Positions 1 through 10,175 of a stretch of 64,000 nt of DNA are shown here, in pieces. Origin of the DNA: Rikenellaceae bacterium (GTDB taxonomy: Bacteria; Bacteroidota; Bacteroidia; Bacteroidales; Rikenellaceae); contig JAIRQC010000084.1 in NCBI GenBank assembly GCA_031256675.1, forward strand, positions 10,083 to 74,082. Direction: 5' to 3'. The stretch's first letter is position 1; each line of letters starts with the position of its first letter. The position numbers were made by a program, and so were the translations under genes. The notes below the pieces were generated by a model, which saw only the letters and a program-made list of their open reading frames with translations, was not told the DNA's origin and made no database searches.

Positions 1-227
1 AGGTTCTTCTTGGCGTCCTCGATGCCTTTGGCGATGGCCGACGTTACCTCGCCCGCCTTGCCCAGACCGTAACCCACCACACCGTTCTCATTGCCTACCA
101 CCACGATAGCCGAAAAGCTGAACGTGCGACCTCCCTTGGTCACCTTGGTGACCCTCTGTATGCTCACGAGCCGGTCTTTGAGTTCCAGATCGCTCGTGCG
201 TACCTTTTTCGTATTGGGATTCGACAT
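1..227 (-). CDS. rpsE: 30S ribosomal protein S5 (runs off window start)
   Basis: Manual translation from CAT 225-227: [49 protein letters not shown]; follows rplR. Confidence 0.96.
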   Translation of the reverse strand, partial: MSNPNTKKVRTSDLELKDRLVSIQRVTKVTKGGRTFSFSAIVVVGNENGVVGYGLGKAGEVTSAIAKGIEDAKKN

Positions 228-244
228 TTTTCCAAGTAATTTTA

Positions 245-607
245 TTAGAATTTAAGTCCTCCCTCGCGGGCGGCTTCGGCCAGTTGTTTGACCCTTCCGT
301 GGTAGAGGTAGCCGTTGCGGTCGAACGACACGCTTACGATGCCCTTCTGCGCGGCGCGCGCTGCGGCCAGTTTGCCCACCTCGGCGGCAACCTGCGACTT
401 GTTCATCCCTGTCAGTTTGCCTTCGAGTTCCTTGTCGACCGACGAGGCCGAGGCGAGCGTAACGCCCTTGCGGTCGTCGACGAACTGGACATAGATCTGC
501 TTGTTGCTCCGAAAGACGGTCATCCGTGGGTTCTCGGCCGTTCCGCTCACTATCTTGCGGATACGCATCTTGACCCTCTCTCTTCTCTGCGATTTATTTA
601 GTGCCAT
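245..607 (-). CDS. rplR: 50S ribosomal protein L18
   Basis: [15 protein letters not shown] and [26 protein letters not shown] motifs. Confidence 0.98.
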   Translation of the reverse strand: MALNKSQRRERVKMRIRKIVSGTAENPRMTVFRSNKQIYVQFVDDRKGVTLASASSVDKELEGKLTGMNKSQVAAEVGKLAAARAAQKGIVSVSFDRNGYLYHGRVKQLAEAAREGGLKF

Positions 608-628
608 AGCCTTTTATTTTTATCCGTT

Positions 629-1186
629 CTACTTGGTGCCGGCCGATTTACCCGCCTTGCGACGCAACTGTTCGCCTACGAACTTGATACCCTTGCCCTT
701 GTACGGCTCCGGCTTGCGCAGCGAGCGTATCTTGGCCGCCACCTGGCCGATGAGCTGCTTGTCGATGCTGCTCAGGGTGAGGATCGGGTTGTTCTTCTTC
801 TCCGTGACCGCCGAGGCCTTAACCTCGATTGGCAACATCATGTGGATGTCGTGCGAGTAGCCGAGGCTGAACTTGACCACCTGTCCCTCCACTTCGACCT
901 TGTAGCCGACGCCGACCAGCTCCTGCTTGATCTCGTAGCCTTTCGACACGCCGACGACCATGTTGTTGATCAGCGCACGGTAGAGGCCGTGCATCGAGCG
1001 ATGGCGCGGCTGATTGGTCGGGCGGCTTACGGTCAGAACGCCCTCCTCTACTTTTACCTCTATATCGGGGTCGACCTTCTGACTGAGCGTCCCAAGAGGC
1101 CCTTTAACGCTTACCACGTTATCCTCCGTTACCGTCACGGCAACTCCGGCGGGCAAGTTTACAGGCAATTTCCCTATTCTTGACAT
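629..1186 (-). CDS. rplF: 50S ribosomal protein L6
   Basis: MSRIGKLPV...RKPEPYKGKGIKF. Confidence 0.98.
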   Translation of the reverse strand: MSRIGKLPVNLPAGVAVTVTEDNVVSVKGPLGTLSQKVDPDIEVKVEEGVLTVSRPTNQPRHRSMHGLYRALINNMVVGVSKGYEIKQELVGVGYKVEVEGQVVKFSLGYSHDIHMMLPIEVKASAVTEKKNNPILTLSSIDKQLIGQVAAKIRSLRKPEPYKGKGIKFVGEQLRRKAGKSAGTK

Positions 1187-1247
1187 TTTTTCAGGTTTTT
1201 TCGTAATTCAATACCATATCCTGCGGGCGCGAAACACGCCGCCGCCC

Positions 1248-1646
1248 TTAGTATATGTAACACAGCACCTCGCCTCCGACGTTCTCGATGCGCGCCTTCT
1301 TGTCGGTCATCACCCCTTTGGAGGTCGACACGACGGCTATACCGAGGCCGTTGAGCACCTTTGGCATGTCGTCCACTCCGGCGTAGTGGCGCAGGCCGGG
1401 GCGGCTGACGCGCTTCAACCCCTTGATGGCGTTGGTTTTGGTTTCGGGATGATATTTGAGGGCGATCTTGATGGTCGCGTGTCCCCTGTCATCCTTATCC
1501 TGCTTGTAGGCGAGGATATAGCCCTGCTCGTGGAGGATCCTTGTGATCTCCAGTTTGAGCTTCGATGCGGGAGCTTCAACCACCTTGTGGTTGGCTTTCA
1601 CCGCGTTCCTGATTCTTGTCAGGAAGTCTGCTATCGGATCGGTCAT
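1248..1646 (-). CDS. rpsH: 30S ribosomal protein S8
   Basis: [15 protein letters not shown]...SRPGLRHY...GGEVLCYIY. Confidence 0.98.
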   Translation of the reverse strand: MTDPIADFLTRIRNAVKANHKVVEAPASKLKLEITRILHEQGYILAYKQDKDDRGHATIKIALKYHPETKTNAIKGLKRVSRPGLRHYAGVDDMPKVLNGLGIAVVSTSKGVMTDKKARIENVGGEVLCYIY

Positions 1647-1769
1647 TTTTGTTTATATAAATTTTCTTTGTCTCATGAACAAATGTCGCCGCTTCGTTTT
1701 TCTGCAAAGCGTTCCATTATACCAAGTTGCGCCCGGCGCGCTACACCCTGCCTGTCACCTGCCGGCCGC

Positions 1770-1996
1770 ACCCCTGACTTCTCAACGTTCCTGCATCACT
1801 GAACAACGCTTGAGCCTCTGCACCCCTAATCAACACCTGCGCCTCTGGCTCTCAGCGTCCCTGCGTTCCTGACCAGTGCATGCGCCTCTGTATCTTCCGA
1901 ACAACACCTGCGCTCCAGACTCTCAACAGCCCTGTATCCTCAGATCAACGCCTGCGCCCCTGGCTTCTCAACGCCACTGCGCCTCTGTTCACCCCT
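1770..1996. repeat. Degenerate minisatellite in the rpsN-rpsH spacer
   Basis: About 10 copies of a 19-25 nt unit, minus-strand consensus CAGRGGCGCAGGYGTTG. Confidence 0.75.
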
Positions 1997-2266
1997 TTAC
2001 CAGGAGGCTTTCCTGACCCCCGGGATGAGCCCTTTGGAGGCCATTTCGCGGAACTGGATGCGGCTGACGCCGAACTGGCGCATGTAGCCTTTCGGACGCC
2101 CTGTGATCTTGCAGCGGTTGTGCAGACGTATGGGGTTCGAGTTGCGCGGAAGTTTGCACAGGCCTGCCATGTCCCCTGCCTCTTTGAGCGCGGCGCGCTT
2201 GGCGGCGTAACGCTGCACGAGTTTGAGGCGTTTCGCCTCGCGGGCTTTCATTGATTCTTTTGCCAT
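1997..2266 (-). CDS. rpsN: 30S ribosomal protein S14 (Zn-independent type)
   Basis: [10 protein letters not shown]...[15 protein letters not shown]...GVRKASW; lacks the CxxC pairs. Confidence 0.97.
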   Translation of the reverse strand: MAKESMKAREAKRLKLVQRYAAKRAALKEAGDMAGLCKLPRNSNPIRLHNRCKITGRPKGYMRQFGVSRIQFREMASKGLIPGVRKASW

Positions 2267-2271
2267 ATTTT

Positions 2272-2847
2272 TTAGCTGTTAACCTTTTTGCCTGTGTTCT
2301 TGAACGGCAGCCCAAACTCGCGCAGCAAGGCGTGGGCCTCCTTGTCGGTCGGGGCCGAGGTGACGAAAGTGATCTCCATGCCGAAGATTTTGGCGATCTT
2401 GTCGATGTCTATCTCCGGGAAGATGATCTGTTCCGTGACGCCGAGGGTGTAGTTGCCGCGTCCGTCGAATTTCTCCTTGATGCCGCTGAAATCGCGTATT
2501 CGGGGCAGGGCCACGGCGATGAGCCTTTCGAGGAACTCGTACATTCTGTCGCGGCGCAGCGTCACGCGAACGCCTATCGGCATCCCTTTGCGGAGTTTGA
2601 AGTTCGAGATGTCCTTCTTCGAGCGGGTCTGCACGGCTTTCTGTCCGGTGATGAGCGTCAACTCCTCCTGTGCCACCTCAATGAGCTTTTTGTCGGCGAT
2701 GGCCGCGCCCATACCCTGATTGATGACGATCTTCTCCAGTCTGGGCGCCTGCATGATGCTTTTGTAGGCGAACTCCTTCATAAGCGCGGGCACTATCTGC
2801 TCGCGGTAGCGCGTTTTGAGCGTAGGTTGATATTTTGCCGTTGCCAT
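2272..2847 (-). CDS. rplE: 50S ribosomal protein L5
   Basis: [33 protein letters not shown]. Confidence 0.98.
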   Translation of the reverse strand: MATAKYQPTLKTRYREQIVPALMKEFAYKSIMQAPRLEKIVINQGMGAAIADKKLIEVAQEELTLITGQKAVQTRSKKDISNFKLRKGMPIGVRVTLRRDRMYEFLERLIAVALPRIRDFSGIKEKFDGRGNYTLGVTEQIIFPEIDIDKIAKIFGMEITFVTSAPTDKEAHALLREFGLPFKNTGKKVNS

Positions 2848-3164
2848 TATCTGATCTCCTCCCCTGATTTTTTAGAATACCGAACCAGTTTGCCTGCGTT
2901 GTTCTCGCGACGTCCCACGCGGGTAGCCTTGCCGCTTTTGGGGTCGAGGAGTTGCAGGTTCGAGATGTGTATCGCGGCCTCCTGCTCGACGATACCTCCC
3001 TGGGGATGTTTACTGCTGGGTTTGGTGTGTTTCTTGACGAGGTTGAGCCCCTCGACGATGGCCCTGCGTTTCTCCACAAATACCTCCAGCACCTTGCCCG
3101 TGCGGCCCTTGCTGTCTCCGGCGTTCACGAAGACCGTGTCCCCCTTTTTGATATGCAATTTCAT
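2847..3164 (-). CDS. rplX: 50S ribosomal protein L24
   Basis: Start reset to [11 protein letters not shown]; KOW motif; EAAIHISNL; TAATG overlap with rplE. Confidence 0.96.
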   Translation of the reverse strand: MKLHIKKGDTVFVNAGDSKGRTGKVLEVFVEKRRAIVEGLNLVKKHTKPSSKHPQGGIVEQEAAIHISNLQLLDPKSGKATRVGRRENNAGKLVRYSKKSGEEIR

Positions 3165-3183
3165 TTTTTCGGGAATTTTAATA

Positions 3184-3549
3184 TTAAAGCACTTCGGGCG
3201 CAAGCGATATGATCTTCATGTAGCCGTCGCGCAGTTCGCGGGCCACCGGGCCGAAGATGCGCGTGCCCCTCATCTCGCCCTGACTGTTGAGCAGCACCAC
3301 CGCATTGTCGTCGAAGCGGATATACGAGCCGTTTGCGCGGCGGATCTCTTTTTTGGTCCTCACTACGACCGCCTTGGAGACAGTCCCCTTTTTGACGTCG
3401 CCCGAAGGGGTGGCGCTCTTTACCGTCACCACCACCTTGTCGCCGATGGAGGCGTAGCGTTTGCCCGTCCCTCCCAACACGCGGATGCAAAGTACCTCCT
3501 TTGCCCCGCTGTTGTCGGCAACTACCATTCTGCTTTCCTGCTGTATCAT
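3184..3549 (-). CDS. rplN: 50S ribosomal protein L14
   Basis: [17 protein letters not shown]...IISLAPEVL. Confidence 0.98.
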   Translation of the reverse strand: MIQQESRMVVADNSGAKEVLCIRVLGGTGKRYASIGDKVVVTVKSATPSGDVKKGTVSKAVVVRTKKEIRRANGSYIRFDDNAVVLLNSQGEMRGTRIFGPVARELRDGYMKIISLAPEVL

Positions 3550-3551
3550 GA

Positions 3552-3806
3552 CTATTTGGCTCTTTCAATTATTTCTACTAATCTCCAACGCTTCATCTTG
3601 CTCAACGGACGGGTCTCCATGATGCGGATGGTGTCGCCCACGTTGCAGGTGTTCTCATCGTCGGCAGCCATGAAGCGGGTGGTCTTGTTGACGAACTTGC
3701 CGTAGATCGGATGTTTGACCTTGCGCTTGACGGCAACGACGATCGACTTGTCCATCTTGTTGCTGACAACCACCCCTATACGCTCTTTTCTAAGATTTCT
3801 TTCCAT
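3552..3806 (-). CDS. rpsQ: 30S ribosomal protein S17
   Basis: [14 protein letters not shown]...ETRPLSK. Confidence 0.98.
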   Translation of the reverse strand: MERNLRKERIGVVVSNKMDKSIVVAVKRKVKHPIYGKFVNKTTRFMAADDENTCNVGDTIRIMETRPLSKMKRWRLVEIIERAK

Positions 3807-4066
3807 TGTTTTTTACTTTTTCAGGCGCGTCTCGGCCACCTTGTATTCTTAACTGTTTGCCCTCCTGTTCGATGTCGCTATCTTAAGTCGCTGTCCGGCA
3901 CTCTGTTCGGCCCTGCTAATCAACTGCCCTGCTCGTTAACCGGCTTTTCCGTTCAACCTCGCGAACCGGCCCCTCTGTTCAACTTTGCTACCCTTGACCT
4001 CGCTGTCGTTAACCAAACTTCGTTGCCTTCGCTATCGTCTGCCACCAGTTAACCGGCCCCCTGGGT

Positions 4067-4258
4067 TTATTTTTGTTGTTTTTGGCGCAGGACGGTCATC
4101 ATGCGGGCGACGTCGCGGCGCGATTTTTTGATCAGCGACTGGTTTTCGAGGGGCGAGACCTTGTGGTTGATCTTCATTCGCGAGAGGTTGGCCTTTTCGG
4201 TGTCGATCCGTTCGGCGAGCTCTGTCACGTTGAGCTCCAGTATTTCGGCTGTCTTCAT
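4067..4258 (-). CDS. rpmC: 50S ribosomal protein L29
   Basis: 63 aa, LEN...IKKSRRDVARMMT; position between rplP and rpsQ. Confidence 0.95.
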   Translation of the reverse strand: MKTAEILELNVTELAERIDTEKANLSRMKINHKVSPLENQSLIKKSRRDVARMMTVLRQKQQK

Positions 4259-4264
4259 GGCTCG

Positions 4265-4696
4265 TTAGATTGTCTGTGATTCGGTGTAGTCTCTGCGGAC
4301 GATGAACTTGGTGGTTACCGGCAGCTTTTGCGCTCCGAGGCGCAATGCTTCCTGGGCCACTTCGAGGGGCACCCCTTCGGCTTCGAAGAGTATGCGTCCG
4401 GGGGTTACGGGGGCCACGAAACCTTCGGGCGCGCCCTTACCCTTACCCATACGCACCTCGGCGGGCTTCTTGGTGATCGGTTTGTCGGGGAAGATGCGTA
4501 TCCACACCTGTCCCTCGCGTTTCATGTGACGCACGATGGCCTGACGCGCCGCCTCTATCTGACGCCCGGTGATCCATGTCGATTCAAGCGTCTTGATGCC
4601 GAACGAACCGAACGCAAGTTGGTTCCCCCTCTGGGCGAGGCCCTTCATGCGCCCCTTCTGCATCCTTCTGAACTTGGTCTTTTTCGGTTGTAACAT
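4265..4696 (-). CDS. rplP: 50S ribosomal protein L16
   Basis: [15 protein letters not shown]...EVRMGKGKG. Confidence 0.98.
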   Translation of the reverse strand: MLQPKKTKFRRMQKGRMKGLAQRGNQLAFGSFGIKTLESTWITGRQIEAARQAIVRHMKREGQVWIRIFPDKPITKKPAEVRMGKGKGAPEGFVAPVTPGRILFEAEGVPLEVAQEALRLGAQKLPVTTKFIVRRDYTESQTI

Positions 4697-4764
4697 TATC
4701 CGTAATATCTAAGGATTCTACATTAATTTATCAGGCCTCTTTTGTCACGGCCTTCCGCCTGTCT

Positions 4765-4990
4765 GCCGCCTTTTGTTTCGCACCTGCCGTAACCTGTTGC
4801 CGCTCCGGCTGCCGCCCTTTGTTTCTCCTCGGTTGCCACCTGTTTTGTTTCTCTGCGGTCGCCGCCCCTTGTTTCGCACCTGCCGCAACCTGTTGCCGCT
4901 CCGGCTGGCGCCCATTATTTCGTCACGGCGCCGCCTGTTTTGTTTCTCTGCGGTTGCCGCCCCTTGTTTCGCATCTGCCGCAACCTGTGC
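4765..4990. repeat. Tandem repeat with a 95-96 bp period (about 2.4 copies, built of four 21-26 nt subunits) in the rpsC-rplP spacer
   Basis: GCCGCCYYTTGTTTCGCAYCTGCCGYAACCTGT starts at 4765, 4861 and 4956. Confidence 0.9.
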
Positions 4991-5077
4991 CACACCCGTC
5001 GCACCCGATATTGTTGTCAGTCCGTTGTCTGTCTTACGGTCGCTGTCTTCGCTATCGTCGCCATGGAGCCGCACCCG

Positions 5078-5881
5078 TTATCTGCCGCCGCGGTTACCGC
5101 CACGGCCGCCGCCGCCTCTTTTGCGATCTCCGCCACGGTCGCCGCCCCTGGGCCTGCGGTCACGGTCGCCGCGGTCGCCACGGTCACGGTCGCCGCCGCG
5201 GGACGAGCCGCTCTGCATGTTGGAACCGGCCCCGACAATCTCGAACAGGTCGCGCTTGTTGTAAACCTCGCCCGTGCATATCCACACCTTGACGCCCAAC
5301 AGTCCGACTTTGGTAAGGGCCTCGGCCAGAGCGTAGTTGACGTCGGCGCGGAAAGTGTGCAGAGGTATGCGGCCATCCTTGTAGGTCTCGCTGCGGGCCA
5401 TCTCGGCGCCGTCCACGCGTCCGGAGATCTGTATCTTGATCCCTTCGGCGCCCATGCGCATGGTCGAGGCAATGGCAGTCTTCACGGCGCGACGATAGGA
5501 GATGCGGCCTTCGAGCTGGCGGGCGATGTTCGAGGCGACGATAACCACGTCGAGTTCCGGGCGCTTGACCTCGAAAATGTTGATCTGCACATCTTTACCC
5601 GTGAGTTTCTTAAGCTCTTCTTTGAGTTTGTCGACCTCCGAGCCGCCCTTGCCGATTATGATGCCGGGGCGGGCGGTGGAGATAGTGACCGTCACTAGTT
5701 TCAGCGTGCGCTCGATGATGATCTTCGATATGCTCGCTTTTGCCAGACGGGCGCCCAGATATTCGCGAATCTTGACATCCTCGACCAGCTTGTCCGAAAA
5801 GTCCTTACCTCCGTACCAGTTGGAGTCCCAGCCGCGGATGATCCCGAGACGGTTTGAGATCGGATTTACTTTTTGTCCCAT
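5078..5881 (-). CDS. rpsC: 30S ribosomal protein S3 with an R/G/D-rich C-terminal tail
   Basis: [27 protein letters not shown] domain, [11 protein letters not shown]. Confidence 0.98.
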   Translation of the reverse strand: MGQKVNPISNRLGIIRGWDSNWYGGKDFSDKLVEDVKIREYLGARLAKASISKIIIERTLKLVTVTISTARPGIIIGKGGSEVDKLKEELKKLTGKDVQINIFEVKRPELDVVIVASNIARQLEGRISYRRAVKTAIASTMRMGAEGIKIQISGRVDGAEMARSETYKDGRIPLHTFRADVNYALAEALTKVGLLGVKVWICTGEVYNKRDLFEIVGAGSNMQSGSSRGGDRDRGDRGDRDRRPRGGDRGGDRKRGGGGRGGNRGGR

Positions 5882-5885
5882 CTGA

Positions 5886-6296
5886 TTATTTTTTTTCTTC
5901 CGTTACCATGTTGTCTACTATCACCGTCACGTGGTTCGAGCGTTTGCGCACGCGGTGTGCCCTGCCCTGCGGCGCGGGCTGGATGCGTTTGAGCATACGG
6001 CCTCCGTCGACGTGTATCTCGCTCACGCACAGCAGCGAATCTTCGAGACGCTTGTCCTCGTTCTTCTTCTCCCAGTTGTTGATCGCCGAGCGGAGCAACT
6101 TTTCGAGCCGCAGCGAGGCCTCCTTGTTGGAGTAGCGCAGCAGACCGAGCGCCCTGTTGATCTCCACCCCGCGGATCATGTCGGCCACCAGGCGCATCTT
6201 GCGCGGCGAGGTGGGACAATCGCGCAGGATAGCGATCGCCTTCTGTTTTTTGTCGGCCTTCTGTTGTTCGGCCATGACATGTTTTCTGGATCCCAT
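5886..6296 (-). CDS. rplV: 50S ribosomal protein L22
   Basis: [14 protein letters not shown]...[16 protein letters not shown]. Confidence 0.97.
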   Translation of the reverse strand: MGSRKHVMAEQQKADKKQKAIAILRDCPTSPRKMRLVADMIRGVEINRALGLLRYSNKEASLRLEKLLRSAINNWEKKNEDKRLEDSLLCVSEIHVDGGRMLKRIQPAPQGRAHRVRKRSNHVTVIVDNMVTEEKK

Positions 6297-6530
6297 ATCT
6301 TTATTTTTCTTTAATTCTTAGCGCACTTCGGGGCTCCGCCTTCGGTTCCCGCCCAATGCTCAAGCTTCATTCATCGGTTCCCGCCCTGCACTCCGGCCTC
6401 CACCTTCGAGGCTCGCCCGACACTCCGGCCTCCACAGTTTACCATAAACAGCCGCCGCCGCTCATCATAAACAGTCTCCGGCGCTCTTACGGCCCCGGTC
6501 GCCCTCCTGTCGCCTCTTTACGGTCGCGGG

Positions 6531-6800
6531 CTACTTTTTCTTGTTGCCGGCGTGGCCGCGGAAGTTGCGGGTGGGTGAAAATTCGCCGAGTTTGTGGCCG
6601 ACCATGTTTTCGGTGACGTACACAGGGATGAACTTGTTCCCGTTATGGACGGCGATGGTTTGGCCTACGAAGTCGGGCGAGATCATGCTCGCGCGCGACC
6701 AGGTTTTGATTACGGCCTTCTTGCCGCTCTCTTTCTGGGCGATGACCCTGCTTTCGAGCTTCGGTTCGATGAATGGTCCTTTTTTTAATGAACGGCTCAT
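6531..6800 (-). CDS. rpsS: 30S ribosomal protein S19
   Basis: [10 protein letters not shown]...TWSRAS...[11 protein letters not shown]. Confidence 0.98.
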   Translation of the reverse strand: MSRSLKKGPFIEPKLESRVIAQKESGKKAVIKTWSRASMISPDFVGQTIAVHNGNKFIPVYVTENMVGHKLGEFSPTRNFRGHAGNKKK

Positions 6801-6819
6801 ATTCTATTGCTTTTCTTTT

Positions 6820-7065
6820 TTATCCGTTTTCTGATGCACCCTGTCTTTTCCATTTCAGAGGCGACCATTATAACTTTCCATTTCAGGCAGCCCCTGCGCA
6901 ATCCGTTTCGGGCAATTTTCCACCTCAGGCGATCCCTGCTTTATCCGTTTCAGGCAGTTTCCCTTTTCTGGCTACCCCTTTATACGTCCAAGCAACTTCC
7001 TTTTTCAGTCCCCCTTAGACATTTCAGGCAACTTTTCTTTTCAGCGCCCCCCCTGTGTCCGTTTC
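6820..7065. repeat. Degenerate repeat with a ~42 bp period in the rplB-rpsS spacer
   Basis: ATCCGTTTCRGGCA at 6901 and 6943; TTTCCATTTCAG-like units recur about 6 times. Confidence 0.7.
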
Positions 7066-7890
7066 CTATTTTTTGCGGCGGGAAACGATGAACTTGGTGG
7101 TGGTCTTCTTGGGGTTGCGGGTCTTGTAGCCTTTGGCCAGCAAGCCTTTGCGCGAACGCGGGTGACCTCCTGAGGCCCTGCCCTCGCCGCCGCCCATCGG
7201 GTGGTCGACAGGGTTCATCACCACGCCTCGGTTGTGCGGACGGCGACCGAGCCACCTGCGGCGACCGGCCTTGCCGTGCTGTTCCAGGCTGTGGTCGGGG
7301 TTCGACACTACGCCTATCGTGGCGCGGCAGGTGGTGAGCGCCATGCGTGTCTCGCCCGAAGGCAGCTTGATGATGGCGTACTTGCCCTCGCGGGCCAGCA
7401 GCTGGGCATATGTCCCTGCGCTGCGGGCCATCATCGCCCCCTGGCCCGGATAGAGTTCGATGGCGTGGATCACCGTTCCGAGAGGTATCTCACCGAGGAA
7501 CAGCGTGTTGCCCACCTCCGGAGCTACGCCGACGCCGCTGCGGACCGTCTGGCCGACTTTGAGTCCGTTCGGAGCGAGAATATAGCTCTTCTGTCCATCC
7601 TCATAGCATATCAGCGCGATACGTGCCGAGCGGTTGGGGTCGTACTCGATGGTCTTGACCACTGCCGGGAGCGAATCGCGGTTGCGTTTGAAGTCGACGA
7701 TACGGTATTGCTGTTTGTGGCCGCCGCCGATGTAGCGTACGGTCATCTTGCCCGTGTTGTTACGTCCGCCGGAGCTCTTTTTCGAGGCGACGAGCGACTT
7801 TTCGGGCTTTCTTGCGGTGATGTCGCCGAACATCCCGCCTATCTTGTGTCTCGTGCCCGGCGTAACGGGCTTAAACTTCTTGACTGCCAT
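7066..7890 (-). CDS. rplB: 50S ribosomal protein L2
   Basis: [25 protein letters not shown]. Confidence 0.99.
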   Translation of the reverse strand: MAVKKFKPVTPGTRHKIGGMFGDITARKPEKSLVASKKSSGGRNNTGKMTVRYIGGGHKQQYRIVDFKRNRDSLPAVVKTIEYDPNRSARIALICYEDGQKSYILAPNGLKVGQTVRSGVGVAPEVGNTLFLGEIPLGTVIHAIELYPGQGAMMARSAGTYAQLLAREGKYAIIKLPSGETRMALTTCRATIGVVSNPDHSLEQHGKAGRRRWLGRRPHNRGVVMNPVDHPMGGGEGRASGGHPRSRKGLLAKGYKTRNPKKTTTKFIVSRRKK

Positions 7891-7895
7891 CTCGC

Positions 7896-8186
7896 TTAGA
7901 TATTACTGTAAAAATCGATCCTGTCGCCCGCTTTGAGCGTTACGATCGCCTTTTTGTAGTTGTTGTTGCGGCCCTCGATCAGCCCCGCCTTGGTATAGCG
8001 GCTCTTGGCCTTGCCCATGTAGTTCATGGTGTTGATCTCGGCCACCGCCACGCCGTACATCTGCTCGACGGCCGACTTGATCTGCAACTTGTTGGCACGC
8101 GGGTCGACTATGAAACCGTAACGATTCAACTTTTCGCCCTGAACCGTCATTTTCTCGGTCAGTATAGGCTTAATAAGCGCTTCCAT
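7896..8186 (-). CDS. rplW: 50S ribosomal protein L23
   Basis: PILTEK...ANKLQIK...KKAIVTL. Confidence 0.97.
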   Translation of the reverse strand: MEALIKPILTEKMTVQGEKLNRYGFIVDPRANKLQIKSAVEQMYGVAVAEINTMNYMGKAKSRYTKAGLIEGRNNNYKKAIVTLKAGDRIDFYSNI

Positions 8187-8190
8187 ATCT

Positions 8191-8817
8191 TTACGCTAAC
8201 AATTCGTTAATAACATTTACCGAACTCTCGGCCAGCAGCAGCGTTCCGGCGTTCATCACGTCGTATGTATTGACGTTGGCGGCCTGAACAACCTTCACTC
8301 CGTGAATATTGCGCACCGAGAGCGAGATGTTGCGGTCGGTTTCGGGCACCACCAGCAGCACTTTTTTGCCGGTCAGCTGGAGGCTTGCAGCGATGGCGAG
8401 GAACGTTTTGGTCTTCGGCGCGTCGATTTTCAAATCCTCGACCACCTTGATCAGTTCGCCTTTGGCCTTGTAAGTCAGCGCGCTGCGGCGGGCCAGCTGT
8501 TTGAGTTTCTTGTTGAGTTTGAAACTGTAATCGCGGGGCACAGGGCCGAACACGCGACCTCCGCCCACAAACACCGGCGAGAGGATGCTGCCCGCGCGTG
8601 CGCCGCCCGTACCTTTCTGCCTTTTGAGCTTGCGGGTCGAGCCGGCTATCTCGTTGCGCTGTTTCGATTTATGCGTACCCTGACGCTGGTTGGCCAGATA
8701 CTGTTTCACGTCGAGATATATGGCGTGGTCGTTGGGCTCGATGCCGAAGACCTCGTCCCGGAGTGTCGCCTTCTTGCCGGTATCCTTGCCGGCCGCGTCG
8801 AATATTGTCAGTTCCAT
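8191..8817 (-). CDS. rplD: 50S ribosomal protein L4
   Basis: RQGTHKSK...[12 protein letters not shown]...GGGRVFGP. Confidence 0.98.
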   Translation of the reverse strand: MELTIFDAAGKDTGKKATLRDEVFGIEPNDHAIYLDVKQYLANQRQGTHKSKQRNEIAGSTRKLKRQKGTGGARAGSILSPVFVGGGRVFGPVPRDYSFKLNKKLKQLARRSALTYKAKGELIKVVEDLKIDAPKTKTFLAIAASLQLTGKKVLLVVPETDRNISLSVRNIHGVKVVQAANVNTYDVMNAGTLLLAESSVNVINELLA

Positions 8818-8820
8818 AGC

Positions 8821-9438
8821 TTAGTCTTCGATTAAAAGATAAGAACCTTTGGCCCCCGGTATCGACCCCTTGACCAGCAGGAGGTTGTTTTCGGGGATCT
8901 TTTTCAGGATGCGCAGGTTGAGCACCTTGACCTGCTCGCCGCCCATCTGTCCCGGCAGTCTCTTGCCCGGCAGCACGCGCGAGGGGTAGGACGATGCGCC
9001 CATCGAACCGGGCTTGCGCTGGCGGTTGTGCTGGCCGTGCGTCTGGCCGCCCACGCCGCCGAAGCCGTGGCGTTTCACCACGCCCTGAAAGCCTTTGCCT
9101 TTCGAGACGCCCGTAACGTCAAGCCATGCGTCGTCCTCGAAGACGTCGATGGTGAGTACGTCGCCCAGGGCCAGCTCCGTCTCGAAACTGGAAAACTCGG
9201 CCAGTTTACGTTTTGGGGTAGTGCCCGCTTTTCTGAAATGGCCCAACAGACTGTTGCCAGTGTTTTTCTCTTTTTTCTCGTCATAGGCAATCTGAACCGC
9301 CGCGTAGCCATCCTTCTCGACGGTTTTGATTTGCGTAACAACACAGGGACCGGCCTCGATAACAGTGCATGGTATGTTTTTACCCTCGGCACTGTAAACG
9401 GAAGTCATTCCGATTTTTTTTCCAATTAGTCCTGACAT
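8821..9438 (-). CDS. rplC: 50S ribosomal protein L3
   Basis: GKKIGMT...[15 protein letters not shown]. Confidence 0.98.
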   Translation of the reverse strand: MSGLIGKKIGMTSVYSAEGKNIPCTVIEAGPCVVTQIKTVEKDGYAAVQIAYDEKKEKNTGNSLLGHFRKAGTTPKRKLAEFSSFETELALGDVLTIDVFEDDAWLDVTGVSKGKGFQGVVKRHGFGGVGGQTHGQHNRQRKPGSMGASSYPSRVLPGKRLPGQMGGEQVKVLNLRILKKIPENNLLLVKGSIPGAKGSYLLIED

Positions 9439-9545
9439 GTTATTTCATGTATAAATTTTCTATTATGTAGGTGGTAAAGTTTTTTCGAGAACTGCAACAA
9501 CAGTCTCCAAAAAACCTCGCTTTACGTCATTGCGAGGGCCTTGCC

Positions 9546-9840
9546 CTGCCAACTCACAACTTTGCTCCATCCTGTGCACGGCCAGTTCACAACCCGCTCT
9601 TTTGCACGTACGGCCAATTCGCAACTTTGCCCCTGCCTTCCCCTGCCGGCTCCCGACTTGCCCCGTCTCGTGCCCTGCCAGTTATCAACTCACACATTGC
9701 CGAGACAGCCCTTAACCCGCTCACCTTTTGCACGTCCGGACGGCTCCCGACTTGCCCCGTCTCGTGCCCGGCCAGCTCCCGACTTGCCAAGCCAGCTACT
9801 TGCCTCTCAGCCCGAACAACTCGCCCTTTGCTCGCCTCCT
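9546..9840. repeat. Degenerate repeats in the rpsJ-rplC spacer
   Basis: Exact 29-mer CGGCTCCCGACTTGCCCCGTCTCGTGCCC at 9647-9675 and 9741-9769; partial third copy at 9775-9788. Confidence 0.85.
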
Positions 9841-9861
9841 GGCAGGCTCCGGGGATGGGGT

Positions 9862-10167
9862 TTACACCTTGATCTCGACCTCTACTCCGGAGGGCAGTTC
9901 GAGTTTCATCAGGGCGTCGATGGTTTTGGGCGTCGAACTGTAAATGTCGAGGATGCGTTTGAACGTCGACAGCTGGAACTGCTCGCGCGCCTTTTTGTTG
10001 ACGAAGGTCGAACGGTTGACCGTGAAGATCTTCTTCTGCGTCGGCAGAGGTATCGGGCCGCTTACGGAGGCGCCGGTGGTCGTGACGGTTTTGACGATCT
10101 TCTCTGCCGACTTGTCGACCAGATTATGATCGTAGGATTTCAGCTTGATTCTGATCTTTTGGCTCAT
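9862..10167 (-). CDS. rpsJ: 30S ribosomal protein S10
   Basis: [13 protein letters not shown]...GPIPLPT. Confidence 0.98.
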   Translation of the reverse strand: MSQKIRIKLKSYDHNLVDKSAEKIVKTVTTTGASVSGPIPLPTQKKIFTVNRSTFVNKKAREQFQLSTFKRILDIYSSTPKTIDALMKLELPSGVEVEIKV

Positions 10168-10175
10168 ATCGTTTT

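Noticed and set aside
5078-5205. GDR/GGR repeat at the 3' end of rpsC as a novel element
   Set aside because: Low-complexity basic tails are common on Bacteroidetes S3.
10168-10175. Missing tuf between fusA and rpsJ
   Set aside because: rpsL-rpsG-fusA-rpsJ without tuf is the normal Bacteroidetes order.
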